From a virus (taxonomy: Duplodnaviria; Caudoviricetes), in the IMG/VR virus record IMGVR_UViG_3300020147_000011, positions 1 through 57,861 of that record: a stretch of DNA of 57,861 bases; one strand, 5' to 3'. Below, in pieces: positions 26,920-36,556 of this stretch; positions within the stretch are counted from its first letter, which is position 1, and the number at the start of each line of letters is the position of its first letter. The translations under genes and the position numbers were made by a program. The notes under the pieces were generated by a model that made no database searches, had not been told where the DNA came from, and worked only from the letters and a program-made list of their open reading frames with translations.

Positions 26920-27735
26920 TCAATGAACCGTGTGCGCCGCCGGGTTTTCCTTTAACCTGAGATCGAGATAAACGTTGTACTCGCCGCATTGGATATATTG
27001 AAAATCGAAGTCTTGCAGAGCTTTCAGCACCTTCGACTCCGCTTCCGCAGAATGTATCTCGACACAGAAGTTGCGAACGAACTTCAACCAACGTTTAGCA
27101 TCCATATTAAAAAGCGTCGCCTCGGCACCTTCGATGTCGATCTTCAAGATATCGATGATCGGTTTGGGGCACATCTTGAGAACGGTCGGCATATCGATCG
27201 CCTCGACGTCAGCATTTTCAAGGTCGCTCGTAGGAGCGACCTGAGTTGCCCATTCCCGACCATCGCGAAAAGCTCCACGAGAAAGCGATAAACGGGTTGA
27301 GCGATCCCATATGGCCGCTTCAACTATCCGAGCGCGAGGACCATATGCAGCAAGATTTTGAGCGCAGATATAGGCGTTATTCGGATCAGGTTCGACAGCC
27401 AACACGAAAGCGTCGGGAAAGGCATTTAAGAAAAAGACGCTTGAGTATCCGACGTTCGCTCCCAAATCGACGATCACTCGAGCGGACTGCGTTCGAGAGG
27501 CAATTTCGGACAGGATTTGTTCGATGAAAATCGCATCGAACACCTCAGGATCGCTGCTACCACCTAATCTCATAAGCACTGAATGCCCGGAGCTTGGCAC
27601 ACGCGCCAGTCTCATGGTCTTAGGAAGAAACCTGCTACCGTTGCTTCCACGGATCACGCACCAGCGCAGTCCGCTGAAAACTCCCAAAACGCTTATGCAA
27701 CGCTGTAGCTTCCTGAAATGATTGCGCATCGACAC
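26920..27735 (-). CDS. FkbM-family SAM methyltransferase (moron)
   Basis: VDLGANVG, AVEPDP.N, ILKIDIEGAE, VEIH; visibly lower GC. Confidence 0.9.
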   Translation of the reverse strand: MSMRNHFRKLQRCISVLGVFSGLRWCVIRGSNGSRFLPKTMRLARVPSSGHSVLMRLGGSSDPEVFDAIFIEQILSEIASRTQSARVIVDLGANVGYSSVFFLNAFPDAFVLAVEPDPNNAYICAQNLAAYGPRARIVEAAIWDRSTRLSLSRGAFRDGREWATQVAPTSDLENADVEAIDMPTVLKMCPKPIIDILKIDIEGAEATLFNMDAKRWLKFVRNFCVEIHSAEAESKVLKALQDFDFQYIQCGEYNVYLDLRLKENPAAHTVH

Positions 27736-28223
27736 CTACGCGAAACATCGAAATCAATGCAGAAAACTAAATGATCGCGCTGCAATGCTTAGTTCGTCAA
27801 TGGATCTCGCCGGTACCTAGCCGGGATCGTGCGAGGCACGTCGTCGCAGGCAACCTGGCGAAGTTGAGCCGGATTGCTCGTCTTTGAGGTGCGCGGTGAG
27901 AGTCATCGCACGGCAATCAGGCTAACGGACGCTGGGCTCCAGAAGATGCGTTCGCCAATCTAAAGACCGCTTGTGAAAGGCTGAAGTTGATGGGGAGAGG
28001 CGCGGCTGATGCCGTTGGGCAAGGCGGCTTGGCTGAGTTACCTCACCGGGTTTTGGTGCTATTTGTTTCTTGGGGCGTTAGCTGCGTGGCCGCGGTTGCC
28101 CTAACGGCTAGGCTCAAGTATTTTTTCACAGAAAGCTGGCCAGGCAGCGATGTGGCCTCATTTGAGTTCCACTGGTGGTCCCTCGCAGCCAACCATCGCC
28201 ATTTTTTGGATGATCAGCTCGGA

Positions 28224-28448
28224 ATGCCTACAAAGGACGACCTTCTTAAGATTGTTCCAATCGGAGAGGAGAATGCGGTCTCATCCCGCTTGCTCTGGCA
28301 GCAGCTCGGCATGTGGTCCCTCGCGAGTATCAAAAAAACGCTGAGTGAGATGGCAGAGGCAGGCCTGATCGAGCGAAGGCAAGATTGTCAAGAAGAGAGA
28401 GCAGCCAACTTGTATTTCAGGCTCCCCGACCCGGCCGCCCGCTTGTAG
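28224..28448 (+). CDS. Small winged-helix protein
   Basis: SSRLLWQQLG...IKKTLSEMAEAGLIER; start uncertain. Confidence 0.5.
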   Translation: MPTKDDLLKIVPIGEENAVSSRLLWQQLGMWSLASIKKTLSEMAEAGLIERRQDCQEERAANLYFRLPDPAARL

Positions 28449-28546
28449 AAGGCAAGAAATGAACGAACTGGAGCCTAAGGCATCCCAGCAGTGGCTTTGG
28501 TTTGCGGCGGCGCTATTGGCTATGGCGGTGATAGCGGTGATTGTGA

Positions 28547-28816
28547 CTAAGCTTCCCGTTTGAAACGGTTCTGCGCGGCGGCAGGCGGCTCTGCAGGCGC
28601 AGCTGCCGCCAGGTCGATTTCGCGGTTGGTTTGGTCCCGGCGGTATCCCTCGGTGTCCACCCATCGGCCCTTGTCGGGATCGTAGGTCGAGGCCCGCTCG
28701 CCGCACCCCGCGAGTGAGATCAAACAAAGCGCCAGCAGCACCAGGATGACCGGTGGGCAGGCCTCGAGGAGTCTGTCAATGTACCAGGGGACAGGCATTC
28801 CGCGCCGTCGTCTCAC
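28547..28816 (-). CDS. Small lipoprotein
   Basis: Hydrophobic stretch plus LAGC lipobox; last gene of the late operon. Confidence 0.65.
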   Translation of the reverse strand: MRRRRGMPVPWYIDRLLEACPPVILVLLALCLISLAGCGERASTYDPDKGRWVDTEGYRRDQTNREIDLAAAAPAEPPAAAQNRFKREA

Positions 28817-29008
28817 GTCGCAGTCCCAACTGGAATCCGGCTCAGTTCACGCCAGTGCCAGATCCACCGGCAAACGATATGCTCCGGCTCCTTCAGGTGG
28901 GCGGCAATCTCCGCCGTGTTGAAGCGACGGGACCACAGCTTCAGCGCGATCGAGTATTTGCGGAACAGTTCGCGCTCGATGTCGTCGCTTCGGGTGAGGC
29001 CGCTCACG

Positions 29009-29350
29009 TCATCGCCCCGGCATAAGCGGATCGTCAGCCCCATGTAGCCCTGCGTCGGTTCGATCACCGCGCTTTCCGGCACGTCGATCCATTCGCCGTT
29101 GATACGCACGCGGTAGCGGCCGTCGCGGCTTTCCCAGTTCAACGTCGTCGAGCGGGGTGGCGTCGGTGCCGTCGCAGCATGCCGCGCCGGCACGGCTGGT
29201 GAGGCCCTTGAACCAGCCGTCGAGTTCGGGCCGGTGATGATCGTAGGCGCGCGCCGGTTTGACATGGATCAGCAGCGCCATCGCCAGAAGGATCAGCGAG
29301 ACGATGATCAGCGCCAGCCAGCCGTTGAAGCGCATCTTCTGTTCGCTCAT
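29009..29350 (-). pseudogene. Frameshifted secreted Cys-containing phage protein
   Basis: Signal peptide and WFKGL...CCDGTD in one frame; the natural continuation WESRDGRYRVRINGEWIDVPESAVI is in another frame from ~29138. Confidence 0.65.
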
Positions 29351-29514
29351 ATCCCGGCCAACCAGGTGAGGCCGGCGAGCAGCCCGGACAGCACGCCGAG
29401 CATGACGATCACCCCGCCGAGCGTTTCCTGCGGGCCGGACTTCGCGAGCGCACAGAGCGTCGCGCCGAGCGCGAGCAGGATGCCCGCGGTCAGCAGCATG
29501 ATGGCCGTCAGCAT
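29347..29514 (-). CDS. Small two-TM membrane protein (not in ORF track)
   Basis: MLTAIMLLTAGILLALGATLCALA...LGGVIVMLGVLSGLLAGLTWLAGI. Confidence 0.55.
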   Translation of the reverse strand: MLTAIMLLTAGILLALGATLCALAKSGPQETLGGVIVMLGVLSGLLAGLTWLAGI

Positions 29515-29546
29515 GGGGAAGCTTTCCTTTGGGATCTTGGGGAGCG

Positions 29547-29924
29547 TTACGCGCCGTATTCGCCGTCGACCGCCGAGCGATGGCTGCGGATGAAGCCTTC
29601 GCCCCGCCGCAGCTCGTCGATCTGGCGGCCCTGCGAGGTGACGCGGCGGTCGAGGTTGAGGATGCGTTCCTCGACCAGCGCCTGCTTGATCAGGATCTCG
29701 CTCATCTTCTTCAGTTCGCTCTGCACGCCGGCAAACTGCGCACCGGTCTGCTCGCGAATCGCTTTGAATTCCTCCTTGTTGTCCTCGCCGTCCGCCTTCA
29801 GCTGGTCCTTCAGGGTTTTGACCGTGTTGCGCAGGGTGACAATGGCCGCCACGCCGCCGCCGGCGATCACCGCCGTCTGCAGGATGGTGCCGATGCTGAT
29901 CGTCAGATCCAGGGTAACCGCCAT
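29547..29924 (-). CDS. Membrane-anchored coiled-coil protein of the lysis cassette
   Basis: N-terminal TM helix followed by coiled coil. Confidence 0.65.
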   Translation of the reverse strand: MAVTLDLTISIGTILQTAVIAGGGVAAIVTLRNTVKTLKDQLKADGEDNKEEFKAIREQTGAQFAGVQSELKKMSEILIKQALVEERILNLDRRVTSQGRQIDELRRGEGFIRSHRSAVDGEYGA

Positions 29925-29931
29925 TTTTGCG

Positions 29932-30165
29932 TCAGCGCCTTTTTGCTTGGGCGCACGCACGCGCAACAGCGCGATCGCCAATGGATTGCACGGCAACTTC
30001 TGCCAGCGCCGAACTGGGTGCGGCGCGCATTTCGGCCGCGACCTTGTTGCGGAATTCGCGCGTCCACGTCCGGACCGGCGGGCACACGACGGCGGGGGGC
30101 GGTGTCAGGTCCGTGCAGGTCATCTGCACCACGAAGAAGGCAAAGCCGGTGCAGTGAAGCGTCAT
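29932..30165 (-). CDS. Possible o-spanin (Rz1-like)
   Basis: Cys/Pro pattern C..L.PPPAVVCPPV..W...RAC; follows the i-spanin-like gene; lipobox atypical. Confidence 0.45.
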   Translation of the reverse strand: MTLHCTGFAFFVVQMTCTDLTPPPAVVCPPVRTWTREFRNKVAAEMRAAPSSALAEVAVQSIGDRAVARACAQAKRR

Positions 30166-30431
30166 ACCTCGCCGTCCCCTTCCAGCTTGCGGATGGCGTC
30201 CTCGACCGATCGCGGCGCGTTGGCCTGCGCCTCGAGCTGAGCCTTTTGAGACGAGATCGTGACGTTGCCTTGCTCGACATGGGCCTTGGCTTCCCCGAGA
30301 TCCTGCGCGTTCTGCTCGGCGCGTTTGGCGGCCTGGCTGGCGTTGAGGGTCGCGCCGAGCGACTTGAGGAATACCTCGAGGAGCGGCGCGAGCACCGCCA
30401 GCAGGCCGCTCCTCGCAAGCCAGGCCAGCAT
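30162..30431 (-). CDS. Possible i-spanin (Rz-like)
   Basis: N-terminal hydrophobic helix plus Ala/Gln helix. Confidence 0.5.
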   Translation of the reverse strand: MLAWLARSGLLAVLAPLLEVFLKSLGATLNASQAAKRAEQNAQDLGEAKAHVEQGNVTISSQKAQLEAQANAPRSVEDAIRKLEGDGEV

Positions 30432-31015
30432 CAGCTTGGCTTGACGCTGTCGACCACGGCCGGGAGCACGGCCGCGTCCGCGCCGTCGCCGAGGTTGAGC
30501 TTGGCCCAGATCTTCTTGGCGATCTGCTCGGGCCCGCCGGCCCAGGACTGGAGCCAGCCCGGCGCGTTGTCGATCGCATACTGCAGCGCCTCGCGCAGCA
30601 CCTGGTTGCCGACATCGACCTCGAGCTTCTTGTCCTTGACCGCGCCGGCAACCGCATTAAGGCCGTAGTTGATTGCGTTGTCGATCAACAGCTCGACCCG
30701 GGCATTGCCGAAGATCGCAACCAGGTTTGCCGGCAGCTTGCGCAGCATCACCATGGCCAGCGATACCAGCACCCACGCGACGGCGGAGGCGATCTCCGAG
30801 ACCGTGGCACCCCAGGCCCACACCACCTTGTTGGCCTCGGAGGTGGCCTGCGCCACCGTTTCGGGGGCGCTGTCGGCTGCGAACGCAACCGCATGAACGA
30901 TCGCGACGTCGGCGATCGGGGCGACCGCGAGAGCGAGGAACATCACCGGCACGATCGGGGCGGCGACGACGGAAAGATACGCGGCAGCGATTGCCGCGCG
31001 AGCATAGCGCATCAT
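30431..31015 (-). CDS. Membrane protein, holin-like
   Basis: Hydrophobic segments; lies in the lysis cassette. Confidence 0.5.
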   Translation of the reverse strand: MMRYARAAIAAAYLSVVAAPIVPVMFLALAVAPIADVAIVHAVAFAADSAPETVAQATSEANKVVWAWGATVSEIASAVAWVLVSLAMVMLRKLPANLVAIFGNARVELLIDNAINYGLNAVAGAVKDKKLEVDVGNQVLREALQYAIDNAPGWLQSWAGGPEQIAKKIWAKLNLGDGADAAVLPAVVDSVKPS

Positions 31016-31073
31016 GGTTTTACCTTTGGGGTTTGGGGAGGGTTTACGCGATGCCGTCGCGCGGCGGTTTACT

Positions 31074-31241
31074 TCAGCTGAACCACCAAGCCAGCCACAT
31101 AATGACGGTGCCGATCCAAGCGGCGGCGATCAGACCGGCGCCTTGGAACTTGCCAGGCGACGACCGCATGGCGTTGGCCCAGAGCACCACGAACGACCAT
31201 CCCAGCGCGGCCAGTGTCGCGACGCTTGCAAGAACGATCAC
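31074..31241 (-). CDS. Two-TM small protein, holin candidate (not in ORF track)
   Basis: GTGA-coupled to the endolysin stop; two hydrophobic helices. Confidence 0.5.
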   Translation of the reverse strand: MIVLASVATLAALGWSFVVLWANAMRSSPGKFQGAGLIAAAWIGTVIMWLAWWFS

Positions 31242-32074
31242 GACGCCACCTGGATAAACCGCGCCGCGACATAGTCGTCGCCGGCGATCTTGAACCAGAG
31301 CGTATCGCCGTTCCTGGTGTCTCCGATGATCATCACCGTGTCGCCCTTGTGAAGCACGCGGGTCACCGGCGACTTGCCGCTGGGCTCGTCGCGGACGTTG
31401 AGAAAGTCATCGACCGAGACGTTGACGATGCCGATGCGACCCGGCTTCGGCGTCACCGCCGGCGGCGGATCGTCGTCCTCGTGCGCGCCGCTATCCGACA
31501 GCCGCGCCATCGCCTGCCGGATCAGGTCGACCATCTTCAATTTGTCGACCTTGCGGCCCGGGCAGGTTTTGGTGGTCTTCGGATCGTCGCGATGGAAGTG
31601 CAGCCCGCTGGTCTTGAAGGCGTAGCCGTCAGGACTGATGCCGAGCGAAAGATGCAGGCAGGCCATCCCCTCGGCGTAGCGGTCGGCGAGATCCGGCGTG
31701 AACGCCTCGCTGTCGAAGTTGCCGACGCATTCGACGCCCCACGAATTGGCGTTGAAGGAGACGGCGTGCACGCCGCGCTTCTCGGGGAGCGACAGCACGC
31801 AGAAATTATCCGGCGTAAAGAAGAAGTGCGGGCCGGCGCTCCAGCCCATTTCGTTGCCGTAGTAGCTGGAGAGGTTCTTCATCCACGCGGCATCCGTGAT
31901 CGGCACCTTGCGGGTGCCGTGGGCGTAGGTCTTCCAGGTGGCAAGGCTCGGGCCACCGGTATGGTGCATGGTGACAAAACGGGGACGCCAGGCGCCGAAC
32001 TTGATGCCGTCGAGGTAATCGAGGAACAGCGCAGCCGTGGGGAAGCACTTCCCGACATAGGGAATCGGCGCCAT
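31238..32074 (-). CDS. Endolysin: Amidase_2 plus SH3b
   Basis: MHHT, GPHFF, GVHA, GVE, HFHRD...KTCPG; FLNVRDEPS...WFKI...YVAARF. Confidence 0.9.
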   Translation of the reverse strand: MAPIPYVGKCFPTAALFLDYLDGIKFGAWRPRFVTMHHTGGPSLATWKTYAHGTRKVPITDAAWMKNLSSYYGNEMGWSAGPHFFFTPDNFCVLSLPEKRGVHAVSFNANSWGVECVGNFDSEAFTPDLADRYAEGMACLHLSLGISPDGYAFKTSGLHFHRDDPKTTKTCPGRKVDKLKMVDLIRQAMARLSDSGAHEDDDPPPAVTPKPGRIGIVNVSVDDFLNVRDEPSGKSPVTRVLHKGDTVMIIGDTRNGDTLWFKIAGDDYVAARFIQVAS

Positions 32075-32184
32075 GGGGATTTCTCCAATGGTTTGAGTCC
32101 AATTGTCTCAACCGTTGATATATATCGGGTTACGCTCGCGATCTTACGTTGATCGCTGCACAGTTGCAGTGCTAAAACGCTGCC

Positions 32185-32349
32185 ATGTCTTCAGCAGAGA
32201 CGCCGCCAGATCCAGACGAGCCCGAACCGACTCATGAAGAGGCAGTCGAAGGCTGCAAGCGCTGGCTGTTTTGGGTTGGCTGCCTGACCGCGCTTGCATT
32301 GACGGTGATTGGCTACGGCGAGGTCGCCGGACGAATTAGCTTTTTCTGA
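32185..32349 (+). CDS. Small membrane moron (54 aa, not in ORF track)
   Basis: MSSAETPPDPDE...RWLFWVGCLTALALTVIG; AT-rich upstream region. Confidence 0.45.
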   Translation: MSSAETPPDPDEPEPTHEEAVEGCKRWLFWVGCLTALALTVIGYGEVAGRISFF

Positions 32350-32370
32350 TCAGGCGCGCGGTCGCGACCT

Positions 32371-33273
32371 CTAGAATAATTCCGCAACCAGCGTGCCATA
32401 GCAAAGCAGAGCGCCGGCACCGCCCGTGAAATTCGTTTGCATGACCGCGTTGAGGTTACCGCCACTCGGCAGGTTGAAAACCCGCTCCATATTCGGGAAA
32501 ATCCAGCCGTTCGGATCATTGCTCGTCAGATGCATCGCAGTCGTCGCACCACCGGCCGGCGACGTCTGGATGCTCGTCGTCCCGATCCCAAAGTCTGAAT
32601 GCATGTGCGAGATCACCGGCGTTGTTCCAGTATTATGAATGACGCCCGACTGGCACAAGCAGCGCCAGTTTCCCGCCGGCAGCACGATAACATTCCAAAC
32701 TTTGTCGACGCTATCCACCAGCCCGACATTGTCTGCAATGCTGATTATGCTGGTGAGCCGATGCCCCTTGTAGGGATACGGAATCGAATAGTTGGCCCAT
32801 GCGGTATGCGTGCCGGACTGCGTGCCGGTAAAATTGATCGACGTTCCAGCGATCGCGTTTGCGATGCTGCTTGATACCCGAAACGAATTCGTCTGCAGCG
32901 ACGCGCCCGCCGTAACATAAACGATTGACCCCGCCGTCAGGCCGGTCAGCAGCGCGCCTGTAGTGGTCAGAAAGAGCGGCGTGTAAGCCGGCAGGCCGTG
33001 GCCGGTCCAATTGATGGTTCCAGGACTCCCAAGCGTCAGCGTGACCGTGGCCGTCTTTGGCATTGCGGCCAAAATCAACCCGTTCGGGATCGGAGCTACG
33101 GCCGCGGCGGCCAGCACCGCCGCCGCGGCGTCGGCCATGGCGTCGGAAACCTCACCCTCGAGAGAAGCCGCCCACGCGATGACGTCGGCCTTGACCGGAC
33201 GATGCGGACCGCTGGCCGGAACGCCGTCGACATTGTAGAGCCGCCAGACATCGGCGCCCGCAGGAGTAGTCAT
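32371..33273 (-). CDS. Tail fibre/receptor-binding protein
   Basis: Last tail gene; G/T/S-rich beta content. Confidence 0.7.
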   Translation of the reverse strand: MTTPAGADVWRLYNVDGVPASGPHRPVKADVIAWAASLEGEVSDAMADAAAAVLAAAAVAPIPNGLILAAMPKTATVTLTLGSPGTINWTGHGLPAYTPLFLTTTGALLTGLTAGSIVYVTAGASLQTNSFRVSSSIANAIAGTSINFTGTQSGTHTAWANYSIPYPYKGHRLTSIISIADNVGLVDSVDKVWNVIVLPAGNWRCLCQSGVIHNTGTTPVISHMHSDFGIGTTSIQTSPAGGATTAMHLTSNDPNGWIFPNMERVFNLPSGGNLNAVMQTNFTGGAGALLCYGTLVAELF

Positions 33274-33296
33274 GGGATCGCTTCCTTTTTAAGCTT

Positions 33297-34799
33297 TTAG
33301 ATTTCCGCCAAAGCGGCGGGATCAACCAGGATCCAGGAGAACAGCACGGTGCCCGTCAAAAGGTCGATCGTTGGCGACGGCTGGATCTCGACCACGCAAT
33401 CCTCGAGATCGGCGAGGAACGGATACTGCACCTTGACCCAGCGCTTGCCGAAGTATCGCAGGCCGATCAGTTTGGTGGTGAACGTGCCCGATCGGCGCGG
33501 GTTGAGCCGCTGCAGCGCCCGGCCGGCCAGCCGCTCGGCCTGCGCTTCCGACTGCACCCAGGTCAGCGAAAGCGGCTTCGGCCGCTCGGCGCCGAGTTCG
33601 GAAATCGATATTTCGTCGCGCACGTCATCGAGCGCGGCGCTGACGAATTTCTGCGCCGGATCGGTGAAACTGACATTGAGCACGTTAATGATCTGCTCAT
33701 CAGCCTGGCCACAGTGCAGGCTGACGCCGACGATATCATGCTCGGTCAGCGGCGGCTCGGTCGGCTCGCGATAGACCCCGACCGTCAGCGACAGCGTGCC
33801 GTCGCCGGCCTCGGCCAGCCAGCCGTCGCAGGTCGACAGGATCGAATTGATCACGTCCTCCGGCGAGGTGTCATAGCGAAACCAGCCGTCGGAGACGTAG
33901 CGCGGCGCGCCCTCGACCAGCGCGTCGCACAGATCGGCCTCGACCATCCATTGCGCCAGCACGTCCGGCGGAAACACAATGTCGAGATCCTGCCCCATGC
34001 CGCCATCCTCGCGCGTGACGTAATCGATCAGCTCGAGCACCGGGTTTGATTTCGTCACCCACGTCGAAGGATCGCCAAAACTCTGCGCGCCGTCGCGCGG
34101 ATCCCAGATCGGCGAACAGTTCGCCACCACCGACAATTCGGGACGGCCTCGTGGGTAAATGCGGCTATGCTCCGATGGATCGCCGATGCCGGCACAGATG
34201 ATGCCGGCATAGGCAATGCCGTCCCCGCGGTGTGTGCTGTCCCATCCCACAATGCTCGACATTGCCGTTTGCGATGCGTCCCCGAGCCGAATCTGTATCA
34301 ACACGGGGTGTCCTGTGCCGCCGGAGGGTATCTGATAAGAGCCATCCGATAGCCCTTGCACTTCGCCGGCAGACAAACCGCCATTTAGAACAGAAGGAAT
34401 CGTCGATATCGAATCGTCGCTCAAATACATGCCGAGCAGCGAATCGATCTTGCCGGAATGAAACGCGATCACGTCATAGGACTGTGCGGGAGGCCCGCCG
34501 GAATCCGAGGCCTCGAAATACATATAGGCGCCGGCGAGCCTGTTAATGCCGTAGCCGCGCTGCCGCGCCGGGATCGACTGCCGGATTGCCTGCGAACCAT
34601 CCTCCGGCCGAGGTGCCCCCGGCGTGCCGTTGAGCGCGTATTGCAGCCCGATCGACGCGCCGATGATCGCGGCACTGCCGACGATCGTCGTTAGCCCGAC
34701 GCCGACAACGGTCGTCGACGCCAGGGCGAAGCCGGCCGGACCAGTGACGCCGGCGGCCGCCACGGCGTTGATGATCAGAAGGCCTACCGCTTCAGCCAT
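33297..34799 (-). CDS. Tail tip/hub protein (gpJ-like)
   Basis: RQRGYG..RLAG, WDPRD, SNP.L..DY, QAERLA. Confidence 0.8.
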   Translation of the reverse strand: MAEAVGLLIINAVAAAGVTGPAGFALASTTVVGVGLTTIVGSAAIIGASIGLQYALNGTPGAPRPEDGSQAIRQSIPARQRGYGINRLAGAYMYFEASDSGGPPAQSYDVIAFHSGKIDSLLGMYLSDDSISTIPSVLNGGLSAGEVQGLSDGSYQIPSGGTGHPVLIQIRLGDASQTAMSSIVGWDSTHRGDGIAYAGIICAGIGDPSEHSRIYPRGRPELSVVANCSPIWDPRDGAQSFGDPSTWVTKSNPVLELIDYVTREDGGMGQDLDIVFPPDVLAQWMVEADLCDALVEGAPRYVSDGWFRYDTSPEDVINSILSTCDGWLAEAGDGTLSLTVGVYREPTEPPLTEHDIVGVSLHCGQADEQIINVLNVSFTDPAQKFVSAALDDVRDEISISELGAERPKPLSLTWVQSEAQAERLAGRALQRLNPRRSGTFTTKLIGLRYFGKRWVKVQYPFLADLEDCVVEIQPSPTIDLLTGTVLFSWILVDPAALAEI

Positions 34800-35229
34800 G
34801 GTGATAAGCCTCCAGCAGCGGCAGCCGATCCTGATCGGCAATGACGATGCCAAGATCTGACGTGATCACCGCCAGCAGGCGATCCGAAACGCAGATCGCG
34901 CCGGTCGGCCGGCGCAGGATCCGGCCCTGCCGAACCGCATACGGCGCCATCACGACGGCGATATCGCCGCCCGCCGGCGCCGGCGTCGGCGCATAGCCGA
35001 CGGCCGCAAGTCGCCTGGCGCACGATCTGGCAAATCCGCCCTCGCGGCGCAGGATCCGGCGGAACTCGCGTTCGCTCGAATAGGTGCCACGCACGTCGGC
35101 GATCGGATCGACGCCGCGAACGGCCATCACCCAATCGGCCATGAACACGCCGCAGTCGAGCGCGCCCGGCTGCCAGCGCCGGCCGGCAAGCGACGAGAGA
35201 TAGTTTTTCAACCTGGGAATGTCGGCCAT
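34792..35229 (-). CDS. NlpC/P60-like tail protein (DUF6950-like)
   Basis: WQPGALDCGVFMADWV...G.DP...RGTYS. Confidence 0.8.
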   Translation of the reverse strand: MADIPRLKNYLSSLAGRRWQPGALDCGVFMADWVMAVRGVDPIADVRGTYSSEREFRRILRREGGFARSCARRLAAVGYAPTPAPAGGDIAVVMAPYAVRQGRILRRPTGAICVSDRLLAVITSDLGIVIADQDRLPLLEAYHHG

Positions 35230-35822
35230 TTCTTGTTGAAGTTGTTGGCATAGCGCGCCGTGAATTCGCAGAACGCGTCGCCGGGCGAGCGCGCCTGCTG
35301 GTCGCGGTCGGAGAAATAGGAAAAATTCGGCCGCCGCCGCGACGTCAGCAGCGATCCGCATGACAGCGTGACGGTCCGCACGATCGACGCCTGCGGATCG
35401 GTGACCGGCGGCTGGTCGATCGACAACCGGTCGGCGCGATAGGTCGCCAGCCAGCGCGGCGGACCGAGCAGCTGCCACGCACCGGACAGGATGCCGAAGC
35501 CGACCGCGACCCGCTTGCCCTTGACCTCGTCGGCGTCCTGGTTGGCGGCGATCTGCAACACCTCGCCCGAAACGCCCGACAGCGTGAACTCGACCCGCTG
35601 CGCCGCGCCGTTCATGATCTGGTTGAATGACGGCAGGTCGCGCAGCTCACCGAACCCGACATATTCCGCGCCGTCTGGATCGAACACATTGCTGGCCGCG
35701 CGGATATTGCCGAAGCCAAGCCAAAGCCGCACTACCGGGTCGGTATCGAGCCTGAAGAACGCGGCGATGTTCTGCACGCCGGATTGCAGCGCCGCGATTT
35801 CGGCATCGTTGAAATTGATCAT
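35208..35822 (-). CDS. Minor tail protein (gpL-like)
   Basis: RLWLGFG...YVGFG...DQQARSPGD.FC. Confidence 0.75.
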   Translation of the reverse strand: MINFNDAEIAALQSGVQNIAAFFRLDTDPVVRLWLGFGNIRAASNVFDPDGAEYVGFGELRDLPSFNQIMNGAAQRVEFTLSGVSGEVLQIAANQDADEVKGKRVAVGFGILSGAWQLLGPPRWLATYRADRLSIDQPPVTDPQASIVRTVTLSCGSLLTSRRRPNFSYFSDRDQQARSPGDAFCEFTARYANNFNKKWPTFPG

Positions 35823-35824
35823 GG

Positions 35825-36556
35825 CTATGCCGACTCGACGAAATCGACACTGGCCGAATTGAAGGTCCACGGCACGACGCTCAGATCCATCGATCCCGGA
35901 TTTGCCAGCCGCATCCTGCAGCGTGGCCGATCGAATTCCAGCGGCGTCCCGGCCTCGATCGACTCGCGCAAAGGCGGGTTGAACGTGATGGTCGCCGTCG
36001 TGCTCGACGTCATGTCGACGGTCGCGATCTCGTAAAGCCGCCAGTCCATCGTATCATGCGCGATCGAGAACGACTCGCCGCCGATCAGTTCGCCGGCATA
36101 ATTGAGCGTGATATCCATACTGGTCGCGCGCAGGTCCACCGCGTCCGTCGCCTCGATATCGATCACCGACTGGTAGTATCCGGCTCCGTCATCGAACAGG
36201 GTATCGTCCGCGTGCGCGATATCGATGCCGGCGGTCTGCGAGACGCCGGCCGGCCACGGCCGGAACAGCGTGTCATTGCGCCAGACGATGATCGGCGTCA
36301 CGCCGCCGTTGCATATCTGCCGGACCGCGCGCCACAGCAGCGTCGAGATCCGCTGCCGCTGCCTGCCCTGCGAGCCCGGCAGTCCGCCCGACAGACTGAC
36401 GTCCGACATCGAGCATTTCCAAAAGCCGCCGCCGTCGCTCCTCGTCAGAACGGAAACACTGTTGGCCGTATCGCCTGGCGTCGCGGCGACGCCGGCCAGA
36501 TTCCAGCTGTGGCTTTTCTCGCGCAGCAGCAGTCGCGGGAAATGAACCGTCATCAA
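35825..36556 (-). CDS. Distal tail protein
   Basis: Follows the tape measure gene; FNPPLR...EFDRP.C.MRL. Confidence 0.7.
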   Translation of the reverse strand: MMTVHFPRLLLREKSHSWNLAGVAATPGDTANSVSVLTRSDGGGFWKCSMSDVSLSGGLPGSQGRQRQRISTLLWRAVRQICNGGVTPIIVWRNDTLFRPWPAGVSQTAGIDIAHADDTLFDDGAGYYQSVIDIEATDAVDLRATSMDITLNYAGELIGGESFSIAHDTMDWRLYEIATVDMTSSTTATITFNPPLRESIEAGTPLEFDRPRCRMRLANPGSMDLSVVPWTFNSASVDFVESA

